Shown: positions 12,249 through 21,400 of the stretch, piece after piece
Position numbering within the stretch: position 1 is the stretch's first letter
Layout: each line of letters opens with the position of its first letter
Source: a virus
Virus genome (UHGV): UHGV-0190965
DNA: 43,771 bases
Direction: 5' to 3' (one strand)
The notes under the pieces: generated by a model
What the model was told of the DNA's origin: nothing
Database searches by the model: none
What the model saw: only the letters and a program-made list of their open reading frames with translations
Translations under genes and position numbers: made by a program

Positions 12249-12266
12249 TTCAAGGGAGGGTAAGAT

Positions 12267-12638
12267 ATGAAATATGTCGTTTATCGGCGCTTTAAGGCTG
12301 AGGGCATCGACGGAGCCTTTAACCTTCGATACGGGACGCTTGTCACGGAGCGGGGCGGCTTTCTCTTTTCTAAAGACGGGCGGAAGATTTGCGCCGCAAC
12401 GTCTGAAAACGGATGGGAGCATTTCAGACCAAACACTGACGAAGGTGCGTATCGTCAAGAAATGCTGGCAGCACTGTACCAGTGGTACGGTATGCGCGGC
12501 TGCGGCGAGGACTTTGCAGACGAGAAATGGCCAAATGTGGAAAACGGTTACTGGAAGAACAGGCTGAGAACAGCCAGCACGGAACGGCTGAGACGAATTT
12601 ATTTTAAGAAATTCGGGGTGATACCATGTATGAAGTAA
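12267..12638 (+). CDS. Hypothetical protein
   Basis: GGGAGG SD; 123-aa ORF in operon context. Confidence 0.7.
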   Translation: MKYVVYRRFKAEGIDGAFNLRYGTLVTERGGFLFSKDGRKICAATSENGWEHFRPNTDEGAYRQEMLAALYQWYGMRGCGEDFADEKWPNVENGYWKNRLRTASTERLRRIYFKKFGVIPCMK

Positions 12639-12922
12639 TGAACAATGGGGTGTTTGACGGGTACGCGGATTCCGTTGTCCCAATCAAGTTGCACTCTAAC
12701 GGGTGTTACATCCCATGCGACGAAGTTGAGGCGGAAGGGTTTTGCGCAAAAATCGCAAAGAAACGAACAGCAGAAGACGGCGGCGCAATTATTGCAATGG
12801 TTGACACTGTGTACCGCCTTGCTGGAAAGAATATGCGTGGAGATGAGCCAACCGGCAGTTTTGAGCAGATCAACGCCGCTGCACAGCTCGCGGAGATCGA
12901 GGAGGCATACGATGAACAGTGA
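12626..12922 (+). CDS. Hypothetical protein (possible fibre chaperone)
   Basis: GGGGTG SD; overlaps both neighbours. Confidence 0.6.
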   Translation: MYEVMNNGVFDGYADSVVPIKLHSNGCYIPCDEVEAEGFCAKIAKKRTAEDGGAIIAMVDTVYRLAGKNMRGDEPTGSFEQINAAAQLAEIEEAYDEQ

Positions 12923-13394
12923 AAAGCTGACCGCCATCAAGGGCGCAATCAAGGACGGCAAAATGGTGCAGGCCGCGGGCGGCATCGCCGTGACGCAGGA
13001 GCAGAGCGACAAGCTGGGCTACGACTGGAAGGTCTACACGGTCAACGACGTGGCCGTGCGCAAGGAGTATGTGGCGCAGGAAACCCCTGCCGGCACGAAG
13101 GACAATCCCATCGACTACGCCGAGGGCGTGCCGCTCATCAACAACGCCTACTACCGAAAGGACGGGAAAATCTACGTCTGGATGGGCGAGTGGGTAGAGT
13201 GGGAATACGAGGGCACGCAGGACGACCCCATTCCCGCAGCGGCAGGGATGGAGTACGAGTACGGCAAGTATTACCGAGATCCCACGGACAACAAGGTCTA
13301 TCTCTGCGAGCGCACCGGCGAGGCTGCGGGCGGGAAAATCACGCTTGACGCGCTGCCGCACGAGCTGGCGGGGCAGTATTTTACGGAGGTCTAA
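12912..13394 (+). CDS. Fibre-associated protein with two GTxDxPI...YY modules
   Basis: GGAGG SD; duplicated aromatic-rich modules (GTKDNPIDY, GTQDDPIPA). Confidence 0.65.
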   Translation: MNSEKLTAIKGAIKDGKMVQAAGGIAVTQEQSDKLGYDWKVYTVNDVAVRKEYVAQETPAGTKDNPIDYAEGVPLINNAYYRKDGKIYVWMGEWVEWEYEGTQDDPIPAAAGMEYEYGKYYRDPTDNKVYLCERTGEAAGGKITLDALPHELAGQYFTEV

Positions 13395-13397
13395 GGC

Positions 13398-13763
13398 ATG
13401 AAGCTTCTAAAAGCTATCCGTGACGCAGACGCGCTGCGGCCCAACAAACTGAGTACGCCGCGCAAGGCGGAGATCCTCATGGTGCTTGAGCACCGAATTG
13501 CCGAGATGATGGGGGCGGAAGCCCCCACCCTCAAGGTGAGCGTGGAGGATGATACTGCGAGCGTCGAGGACATGGAACTGCTACTGCCGGACGGGCGCAA
13601 CGAGTGCTATCACCTGTATCTGGCCGCGCAGCTCGACGCCTATAATCAGGACAGCGCGCTCTATGCCAACGACCACGCCATCGCCAACGAGGCGGTGGCC
13701 GATGCTATGGCATGGTGGCGGCGCGAATACCGAAAAGAAAGCAAGGGCAACTGGAAGGTGTGA
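13398..13763 (+). CDS. Putative head-tail adaptor
   Basis: Helical 121-aa ORF with LLLPD...YHLYLAAQLD pattern; position in the tail block. Confidence 0.55.
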   Translation: MKLLKAIRDADALRPNKLSTPRKAEILMVLEHRIAEMMGAEAPTLKVSVEDDTASVEDMELLLPDGRNECYHLYLAAQLDAYNQDSALYANDHAIANEAVADAMAWWRREYRKESKGNWKV

Positions 13764-13769
13764 TGACGA

Positions 13770-14699
13770 GTGCCGACGACATTTCAACTGGTGGAGACGA
13801 CCTTCCCGAACGGAGAAGGAAAAGACACGCAGGAGCAGATCAACGGGGTCTATGACTACCTTTTCGTGCTGCTGGAACAGCTGCGGTATACGCTCTTCAA
13901 TCTGGATGGAAGCAACATCAACCAGAATGCATTGAGCGAGTTTATTAAGAATATCTCCGAGCCCATCTATGCCAAGATCGAGGACACGGACAAGAACGTT
14001 AATGAGCTATCTATCACGGCAGAGGGCCTTGCAGGACGCATCAGCGACGCAGAGGGCAATATCACGCAGCTCGGCGTGACGGCGCAAGGCTTGCAGGCGA
14101 GTATTTCGAGCCTTGACGGCAGTGTGACGAACCTGACGGCGGACGTGAACGGCCTGCGCGCGACGGTAAGCGGCAAGATCGACGGCAGCGAGGCGCAGAC
14201 GCTCATCAACCAGACAATCAGCGGCATTACGCTGGCTGCGACGAGCGACGGCAGCGGGACGGTGCTCAAACTGAGCAGCGGCGGCGTGGAGGTCGCCTCG
14301 ACCGGCAGCGTTGACCTGCACGTCAAGAGCGTGAACATCGACGGCGACGTGACGGCAGCGGCTCTGATCGGCGACACGGTAGCCATCAAGTACAAGTACA
14401 TGAACGACCATCTGCAGATCACCGAGGGGATCGCAGGGTACATCACGACCAACGCGACAACGACCGGCGGCGGCCTTGGGGTCGCATCGCAGGCAGGACT
14501 GCGCCTGACGGCGGGCATCGCGTCAAATGCATATATTGCGAGCAACGGCGGCAACAGCGGGCCGTTCATTACGCTGGATTACGGCAATGGCAACGTCCAG
14601 CTGGGCGGCGGGCGGCTGGTGATCGGCTCGGCCATGTACGGCAATGCGCCGCCAAGCAATCCTGTGCAGGGCACGTTGTATTTCTTGCGGAAGAGCTGA
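13770..14699 (+). CDS. Tail needle/spike-like protein
   Basis: GTG start; coiled-coil and repeat region followed by a Gly-rich beta region. Confidence 0.55.
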   Translation: MPTTFQLVETTFPNGEGKDTQEQINGVYDYLFVLLEQLRYTLFNLDGSNINQNALSEFIKNISEPIYAKIEDTDKNVNELSITAEGLAGRISDAEGNITQLGVTAQGLQASISSLDGSVTNLTADVNGLRATVSGKIDGSEAQTLINQTISGITLAATSDGSGTVLKLSSGGVEVASTGSVDLHVKSVNIDGDVTAAALIGDTVAIKYKYMNDHLQITEGIAGYITTNATTTGGGLGVASQAGLRLTAGIASNAYIASNGGNSGPFITLDYGNGNVQLGGGRLVIGSAMYGNAPPSNPVQGTLYFLRKS

Positions 14700-14709
14700 G
14701 GGGTAACTG

Positions 14710-15432
14710 ATGAGTTACAGACTGAGAGTATATGCGCCGATCGACGCGCGCTACAGCAACATCATCGTGCTCGACGGCAATGTGCTGATCGCGCGGGCAA
14801 CCCCGCAGGGAGAGAGCGTTCCGTGCTATGACGGCACGGTAGATGGCTTTAATCCCAATCTCATGCCCGGGTTTAGCTCGCCGGAGCAAAGCGATGCGTT
14901 TCCGCCCGCGTTTCGCCGCTGGGTCGTCAATGTAGACGGCAATGTCAGCTATCAGACGCCGACCGCCGCTAATGCATGGCGCTGCGTTCTTGACTGGGCG
15001 GCGCTTTACGGGGCGAGCGACGTGTTGGTGCGCCTGGAGCTGATTACTACCGAGACGTACTACGCGACCCTCGCCTTTGACGCCAACGGCGGCTACGGCG
15101 CACCGGATCCCATTGGTGGCAGCGAGACCAACGCGACAGGCTATCTCAGTTTTCCGATCCCCGCGACGACGCCAACGCGACCCGGCTATGCGTTTGCCGA
15201 ATGGAACACGGCGGCGGACGGATCGGGCAATTCCTATCAGCCGGGCGGGACGTTCGTCGGCTGGGGGTCGACGTCTCCGACGAGCCAGCCGACGCACTGG
15301 CTCTACGCGCAGTGGACAGAGGTCACGAGCGACGTGACGGTGAGGATCTATAACGGCGGGTGGGCTGATTACATTCCTATGATATACGACAACGGCTGGC
15401 ATGAGTATGAGCCAAATTTTTCGGGAGGTTAA
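14710..15432 (+). CDS. Virion protein with InlB B-repeat (Listeria-Bacteroides repeat) domain
   Basis: FDANGG...PTRPGYAFAEWNTAADGSG...LYAQW matches the repeat consensus. Confidence 0.75.
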   Translation: MSYRLRVYAPIDARYSNIIVLDGNVLIARATPQGESVPCYDGTVDGFNPNLMPGFSSPEQSDAFPPAFRRWVVNVDGNVSYQTPTAANAWRCVLDWAALYGASDVLVRLELITTETYYATLAFDANGGYGAPDPIGGSETNATGYLSFPIPATTPTRPGYAFAEWNTAADGSGNSYQPGGTFVGWGSTSPTSQPTHWLYAQWTEVTSDVTVRIYNGGWADYIPMIYDNGWHEYEPNFSGG

Positions 15433-15434
15433 CG

Positions 15435-15608
15435 ATGGAAAAAATCAAAGAAGAGGCGGCGCACGCGATGCGCCTGATCGGCATTTTGAACGTCAGCGGC
15501 GACGCGGTGGACGTGGTGGCGGCGGTGCGCCAGTCGCTTCGCAACATCGTGACGATCTGCGATGCGACGGAACAGACGGAAAGCGAGGGCGAAGATGAGA
15601 CTGCCTGA
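15435..15608 (+). CDS. Hypothetical protein (57 aa, not in the ORF track)
   Basis: GGGAGG SD, MEKIKEEAAHAMRLIG...; fills the gap between two tail genes. Confidence 0.65.
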   Translation: MEKIKEEAAHAMRLIGILNVSGDAVDVVAAVRQSLRNIVTICDATEQTESEGEDETA

Positions 15609-17181
15609 GATCGCAGCCTACGCCAACCGGCGCATGCAGCAGGAAAAATTCGGCGGCATCAACCACACGTTCGGCGCGGCAGGCGGCGAGCTGTACGACA
15701 TGAGCAACCTGTCGGCGCGGTTCTTCCCGCTTCTCGCGCCGCGCGCGAGACGCTACACCGTACGCTCCGGCATGGGCAAGGCAAACGGCATTTTCAGCGC
15801 AGGCAAGCTCTATGAGGTATACGGGACGAAGCTCTACATCGACGGCGTGCAGAAGGGCAGCGTCCAAGACAGCGAAAAAACCTTCTGCGCGCTTGGGGAG
15901 CGCGTGCTTATCTTCCCGGACAAGATCGTATGTGAAAAGGACGGGACGATCAAGACGATGGAGGCAAGCTACAGCGCGGCTGGGCTTACCTTTGGAGACG
16001 GGACGTATGCCGACGAAAAGGCGGCGGCGAACAGCATTACGACGACCGGCGCGGCGTTCCCGTTCAATGTGGGTGACGCGGTGACGATCTCCGGCTGCAC
16101 GAAGATGCCGTACAATAACCGCACGCCCGTTATTCGGGAGATCAGCGCGGACAAAAAGACGCTGCGCTTTTATGAGAACACATTCCGCCTGCCGGACGGG
16201 CAGACGAGCATCACGGAAACGGGCACGGTGACGATCAAGCGGACGGTTCCCGACATGGACTTTGTCTGCACGAACGAAAACCGCGTATGGGGCTGCAAGG
16301 GCGACAGCATCTATGCAAGCAAGCTCGGCGACCCCTATAACTGGAACGTTTTTGAGAATCTGTCCACAAGCTCGTTCAACGTGGAAAGCGGCACGGCGGG
16401 GGCATTTACTGCCTGCGTCAGCTATCTCGGCTACCCGTGCTTTTTCAAAGAGGACAAGATCTTCAAGATGTACGGCACGATCCCGACCAACTTCCAACTC
16501 ATGTCAAGTGCTGTGCTTGGCGTGATGAAAGGCAGCCACAAGAGCCTTGCCATCGCAGGAGAAACGCTCTACTACCTTTCCAAGGTTGGCGTGATGGCGT
16601 ACGGCGGCGGCATGCCGCGCTGCATTTCACGCGTACTGGGGGACGAGGTGCGATTCACGCAAGGCGTGGGCGGCAGCGACGGGCTCAACTATTACGTGAG
16701 CCTGAAAGAGGATGGCAAGGCGGCGCTGTACTGCTACAGCAGCGAGAACGGCGTGTGGCATAAGGAAGATGCGCTTGCCGTGGTGCAAATGGCCTATTTG
16801 GGCGGTATCATGGCTTTAGTAGACGGCGGGTGCGTGCTGCTTGGGAATCCAGCAGATATCCCGACCGGCGCAACACGCGAGGGCGCTGTTATTAGCGAGG
16901 CGGAGTTTGCCGACTATGACGGCGGATCGTTCGACGCGAAGCACGTGCAGCGCGTGCGGGCGCGGCTGGAATGCGAGAAGGGCACAACGGCCGTGTTCCT
17001 TGTCAAGTTCGACGGCGGCGCGTGGGAAGAGGTCGACCGCTGCGGGGCGCAGGAGAAAGACGTTTTCACGCTCAACTGCCCGATCCGCCGCTGCGACCAC
17101 TTTAGATTAAAAATCAAAGCCACAGGAGAATACCGGCTCTATGCGCTCGAGTACGAATATGTGACGGGCGGCAGAAAGTGA
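15595..17181 (+). CDS. Tail nozzle/stabilisation protein (beta-propeller-like)
   Basis: FGGIN...MSNLS N-terminus and NRVWG...IYASKLGDPYNW propeller pattern. Confidence 0.7.
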   Translation: MRLPEIAAYANRRMQQEKFGGINHTFGAAGGELYDMSNLSARFFPLLAPRARRYTVRSGMGKANGIFSAGKLYEVYGTKLYIDGVQKGSVQDSEKTFCALGERVLIFPDKIVCEKDGTIKTMEASYSAAGLTFGDGTYADEKAAANSITTTGAAFPFNVGDAVTISGCTKMPYNNRTPVIREISADKKTLRFYENTFRLPDGQTSITETGTVTIKRTVPDMDFVCTNENRVWGCKGDSIYASKLGDPYNWNVFENLSTSSFNVESGTAGAFTACVSYLGYPCFFKEDKIFKMYGTIPTNFQLMSSAVLGVMKGSHKSLAIAGETLYYLSKVGVMAYGGGMPRCISRVLGDEVRFTQGVGGSDGLNYYVSLKEDGKAALYCYSSENGVWHKEDALAVVQMAYLGGIMALVDGGCVLLGNPADIPTGATREGAVISEAEFADYDGGSFDAKHVQRVRARLECEKGTTAVFLVKFDGGAWEEVDRCGAQEKDVFTLNCPIRRCDHFRLKIKATGEYRLYALEYEYVTGGRK

Positions 17182-17188
17182 GGGAGAA

Positions 17189-18424
17189 ATGGCAGACAAT
17201 TTCAAACACAAAAATACAGACCTGACGCTCATCAACGATTCGGGCGACCTTGATCTCATCCGGCAGTATACCGAAGCCTACAACAAGGCATATGCCGAGG
17301 GAGACAAGGCTGGCCAGCAGGCGGCGCACGACGCGGCAGAAAGAATCCGCTCGAAATACCAGTACAGCGGCGGTACAGACGGCAGCGACTACATCAAGCT
17401 CGGCAGCGGCGAAACGCTGCGGCAGCCGAGTGCGCCGAAGACCGACGCGAGCTGGCTCGATAAGCTGGGCGACAGCAGCTACAACTATGACCAGAGCGGA
17501 CAGATCAGCGCAAAGCTCGACGCACTGCTGAACCGCACGCCGTTTTCCTACGACGCGGTGAGTGACCCGCTCTATCAGCAGTACCGCAAGCAGTATACGC
17601 GCGAGGCAGACCGCAGCGCTGAGGATGTGCTCGGCAAGGCGGCGGTGATGACGGGCGGAATGCCGTCCACGGCAGCGGTCGCGGCGAGCCAACAGGCGAG
17701 CGACTACCAGATGAGCCAGATGACGGACAAGATCCCCGAATTACAGCAGCTTGCCTATAGCATGTATCAGGATAAATTGAGCGGCGACCGCGCCGACCTG
17801 AATACGCTGATTGGGATTGAGGACAACAACTACAACCGCTGGCTGGCTGACCGCAATTACCTCTATCAGCTCGCGCGCGATCAGGTGGGCGACCAGCAGA
17901 CGGCGGATGCGCTGGCGTATCAGAAGCAGCAGGACAAACTGAACTACGACTATCAGAAGGAGCGCGACGCCATTGAGGATGCGCGCTATGACGCGGAATG
18001 GCAGTATAAATTGCAGCAGGCCGCGCAGGCGGCGGCGCAGAGCGGGACAAGACGCTCCGGCAACGTGACGACTCCGCCGAGCGAGGCGGACTATGAGGGT
18101 TTGTTTGAAGCGGCATATCAGTCCGGCTACCCGCAGAGCTACATCGCGAACAATTACAAGAAGTTCGGGCTTACATCTTCGAGCGGAGTCTATAACGATT
18201 ATAAGACGTGGCTGGAAGGGCAGAACGGCGGAAGTTCAAGTGGAGGCTATAATTCGAGCAATTTCAATGCAGCTATGAGCAGTCTGCGCACGATGCTTGC
18301 ACAGGGGCGTACCGATTATGCTGTCGGAGGTATTGATTCTTTCTGGGATAAGCTGAGCGACGAGCAGAAGGCGCGCGTGCAGAAGATGCTGAACGAATAC
18401 GGGCTGACTTACACGGAGGGCTGA
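17189..18424 (+). CDS. Putative internal virion/DNA ejection protein
   Basis: Helical, Q/A/Y-rich; lies between the nozzle and the giant protein. Confidence 0.6.
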   Translation: MADNFKHKNTDLTLINDSGDLDLIRQYTEAYNKAYAEGDKAGQQAAHDAAERIRSKYQYSGGTDGSDYIKLGSGETLRQPSAPKTDASWLDKLGDSSYNYDQSGQISAKLDALLNRTPFSYDAVSDPLYQQYRKQYTREADRSAEDVLGKAAVMTGGMPSTAAVAASQQASDYQMSQMTDKIPELQQLAYSMYQDKLSGDRADLNTLIGIEDNNYNRWLADRNYLYQLARDQVGDQQTADALAYQKQQDKLNYDYQKERDAIEDARYDAEWQYKLQQAAQAAAQSGTRRSGNVTTPPSEADYEGLFEAAYQSGYPQSYIANNYKKFGLTSSSGVYNDYKTWLEGQNGGSSSGGYNSSNFNAAMSSLRTMLAQGRTDYAVGGIDSFWDKLSDEQKARVQKMLNEYGLTYTEG

Positions 18425-18425
18425 T

Positions 18426-21400
18426 ATGGGAAAGCTGGTAGCACTGAACACCAATAACGAAGAGAAGAAATTAAAGACCGAGCAGCCAATTGCGACCACT
18501 GTTGCGCAGGGGCGGCGCGGGAAATTGATGCAGACCGGGAGTGCGAGCGCCCCGGTCTCTTCTCCACCTACAGTATATCGCACGAGCCCGGTGAAGACGG
18601 CGCCAGTGACGCGGCAGAATGTCGTGATGCCGAAGACGCCCACGCAGGGCGGCGCAAGCCCGATGTTCCGGCAGCAGAACGTTGTCACGCCCAAGTGGCA
18701 AAGCCCCATCATGCAGGGCCTCAATAGCGGAGCCTTGCAGCAGCAAAACGCAAAGCCGTACCAGAGCAAGGAAGCCCTTGAGCAGCATGTGAAGGACGTA
18801 AAGCCGCAAACGGTTGCGCAGCGCGTCGGCAATACGCTAAAGGGCGCGGCAAAGACCTACGGCGCGGGATTCGTCAATCTCAGCGGCGTGGCGGCGCAGG
18901 GGCAGGGCGGCACAGCGATGTCGCCGGTCTATCGCTCTCAGGCGGAGACACTGGACCAGCAGATCGCGGCATTGGAAGCGACGCTAAGCGACCCGACGAT
19001 GACGGCACAGGATATCGCCGATACGAAAGAAGCGATTGCCAACGCCCGCAGCGAGCGTGAGAAATACGGCAAGATCATTGAGAGCGAGGGAAAAACCGTA
19101 GAGGGAGCCTATGATATCGCCGACAGGTTGGCTGACAGCGGTACGAGGGATATCAACAAGGCGAAAAGTGGGCTCGGCAAGGTCGGACAACTCGCCGTCG
19201 ACGTGGGCGTCGCGGGCGCGCAGATGGGCGCAGACGCCGTTCTTGGCCTCGCTACAGGCGGCAGCGCGCTCTTCCCAATGTTCATGCGTAGCGCGGGCGG
19301 AAGCGCGCAGGAGGCACGCAGAGCTGGCGCAACGCATGAACAGCAGGTAAACTATGGCCTCGCGTCCGGCGCGCTCAGTGTGGCGACCGAGAAGATCGCC
19401 AACGTCGCCGCGCCGTTCAAGAAGATGTTCGGCGGCGGCTTCCTCGACAATGCCATTGACGGCGCACTTGCCCGAATGAACGGCAGCGCGGCGGGAAAGA
19501 TCGCGCTCTCGTTCCTCTCGGAAGGCGGCGAAGAAGTGATTGAAGACCTGCTTCAGCCCGCCTTGCAGACAATCTATAACGGCAAGAGCCTCGGCGGGAG
19601 CTACAGTGAGATGGAGGCATCGGAGATCATCAACGACTTCCTTGTCGGCGGCATCCTCGGCGGACTGGGCGGCGGCGTGGAAGTGGCAGCAAACCGCTTT
19701 GCGCGCTTTGACAACTCCCTCGGTGAGAGCGGGCGCAAGGCGATCCGAGGCTCGTATCGGGAGGGAAAGGACACGGCGGAGCACGTGAAGGACTTTATTC
19801 CCGCCTACAACGCGGGCGTGGAGGGAAAGGAGAACCCGAACCCGACGAGCGAGACCGCCTATGCGGGCTATGTCGCGGGGCAGAACGACGCGAAGAAAGA
19901 GGCGCGCAAGAAGACCTTTGCGCAGGAAAGCGACGGCGGCAGCGGCCTTGTCTACGACGACTACGTTTCACGTGAAATGGACAACGCGACGGCGGACGAG
20001 ATCAACACCGTTGCAAAGGCGCTTGGCGTGCGCGTGCGCATGGCGGATGAAGTGATGGGCGGCAAGGCCAACGGCGTTATCGAGGGCAACGAAATTCGCA
20101 TTGCGAAGGACGCGCAGGACCCAGTGATGCAGGTCGTCGGCCATGAGTGGACGCACCGCGTGCAGGAGCTCGCGCCCGAGCAGTACACGGCGTTCCGCAA
20201 TGCCATCATGGAAGACCCCGACGTTGCCGAGGCGGCGAACATCCTGCACGAGCAGTATAACCGCATGGGCGTTGAGACCAGCATGGATGAAGCGCTGGAT
20301 GAGGCCGCGGCGAACTACGCGGGCGAGATGATCGCCAACACGGACGTGCTGAATGAGTTTATCCGCAGGCACAGCGCTGACCGGACGCTGCTTGAAAAGC
20401 TGCGCGACGCGATCCGCGAGATCGTGGGCAAACTGACCGGCAAGGCCAAGCAGCAGGCGCAGACGGCGGAAGGGCTTTTGCAGCAGGCGTTCGAGGCAGC
20501 GGCGCAGAACAGCAAAAATGCCGCCACGGGGGGCGGCAAGTCGAGATTCGAGATCAAGACGCTGGACGACGGGCGTTCTTATGTTAAAGCTGACCGACAG
20601 GTCTTGGAGGGCGACGACCCGAAACAATGGGGCGTGCAGCTGCAAAACTATATCAACAGCGAGATTCGCAAGGGCAACGATATCGTGCTGCCGACAACGG
20701 ACGGCGGGATTGTTCGCCTGACGGAACGCTCGGCCTACAAACTGGCGGACGATAAGTCCACCGACCTGAAAACGCATCAAAAAACGCAGCTCTCCGACGA
20801 AGCATACCGCCTGAAAGAAACGGCGGCATCACACATTGATGAGATTATCCTCACGGGCGAGTTCTCCCACAATATGGAGGACATCGGCGGCGTGCACGAG
20901 AACGACATTGGCGAAGATGGCTTCAATTCGTATGTGTCGTATTTTGAAGACAGCGATGGTCAGTATTACCGAGTTTCGTTTGTCTCTGCGCTGAACGGGA
21001 ACGAAGAAACGGCGTACAGCATCGGGAACATTCAGAAACGCAAAAAGCCTACCACCGGTAATGGCTCTTCTGCTCGGGAGAGCAGCGCTCTAAATGGTGG
21101 TAGACTTTCTGAACGTAGTGTACCCCAAAGCGAGGGGAATGTCAATAGGGTCGATCCTTCTGCTCGGAAGGGCGACGACATTAGATATGACGATGCCCGA
21201 TACTCTCTTCGCGTGACCGATAAAGACACTCTGGATTACCTTGAAAAGCAAAAGACGCTCAAGACCTACAAGACAATGCAGGTGGTTGACGGGAAACTAT
21301 ACCCGCCGATGGCTGCGCGTGTCGATGGCAAATACGAGGACGCAAGCGAGCTTGGCGCGTGGGAAATGGCGGTTGAGCGCCCCGACCTTGTGAAAGACGG

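Noticed and set aside
21032..21229. 65-aa minus-strand ORF as a protein antitoxin
   Set aside because: It starts upstream of the antisense promoter and has no SD, so an RNA product is the better reading.
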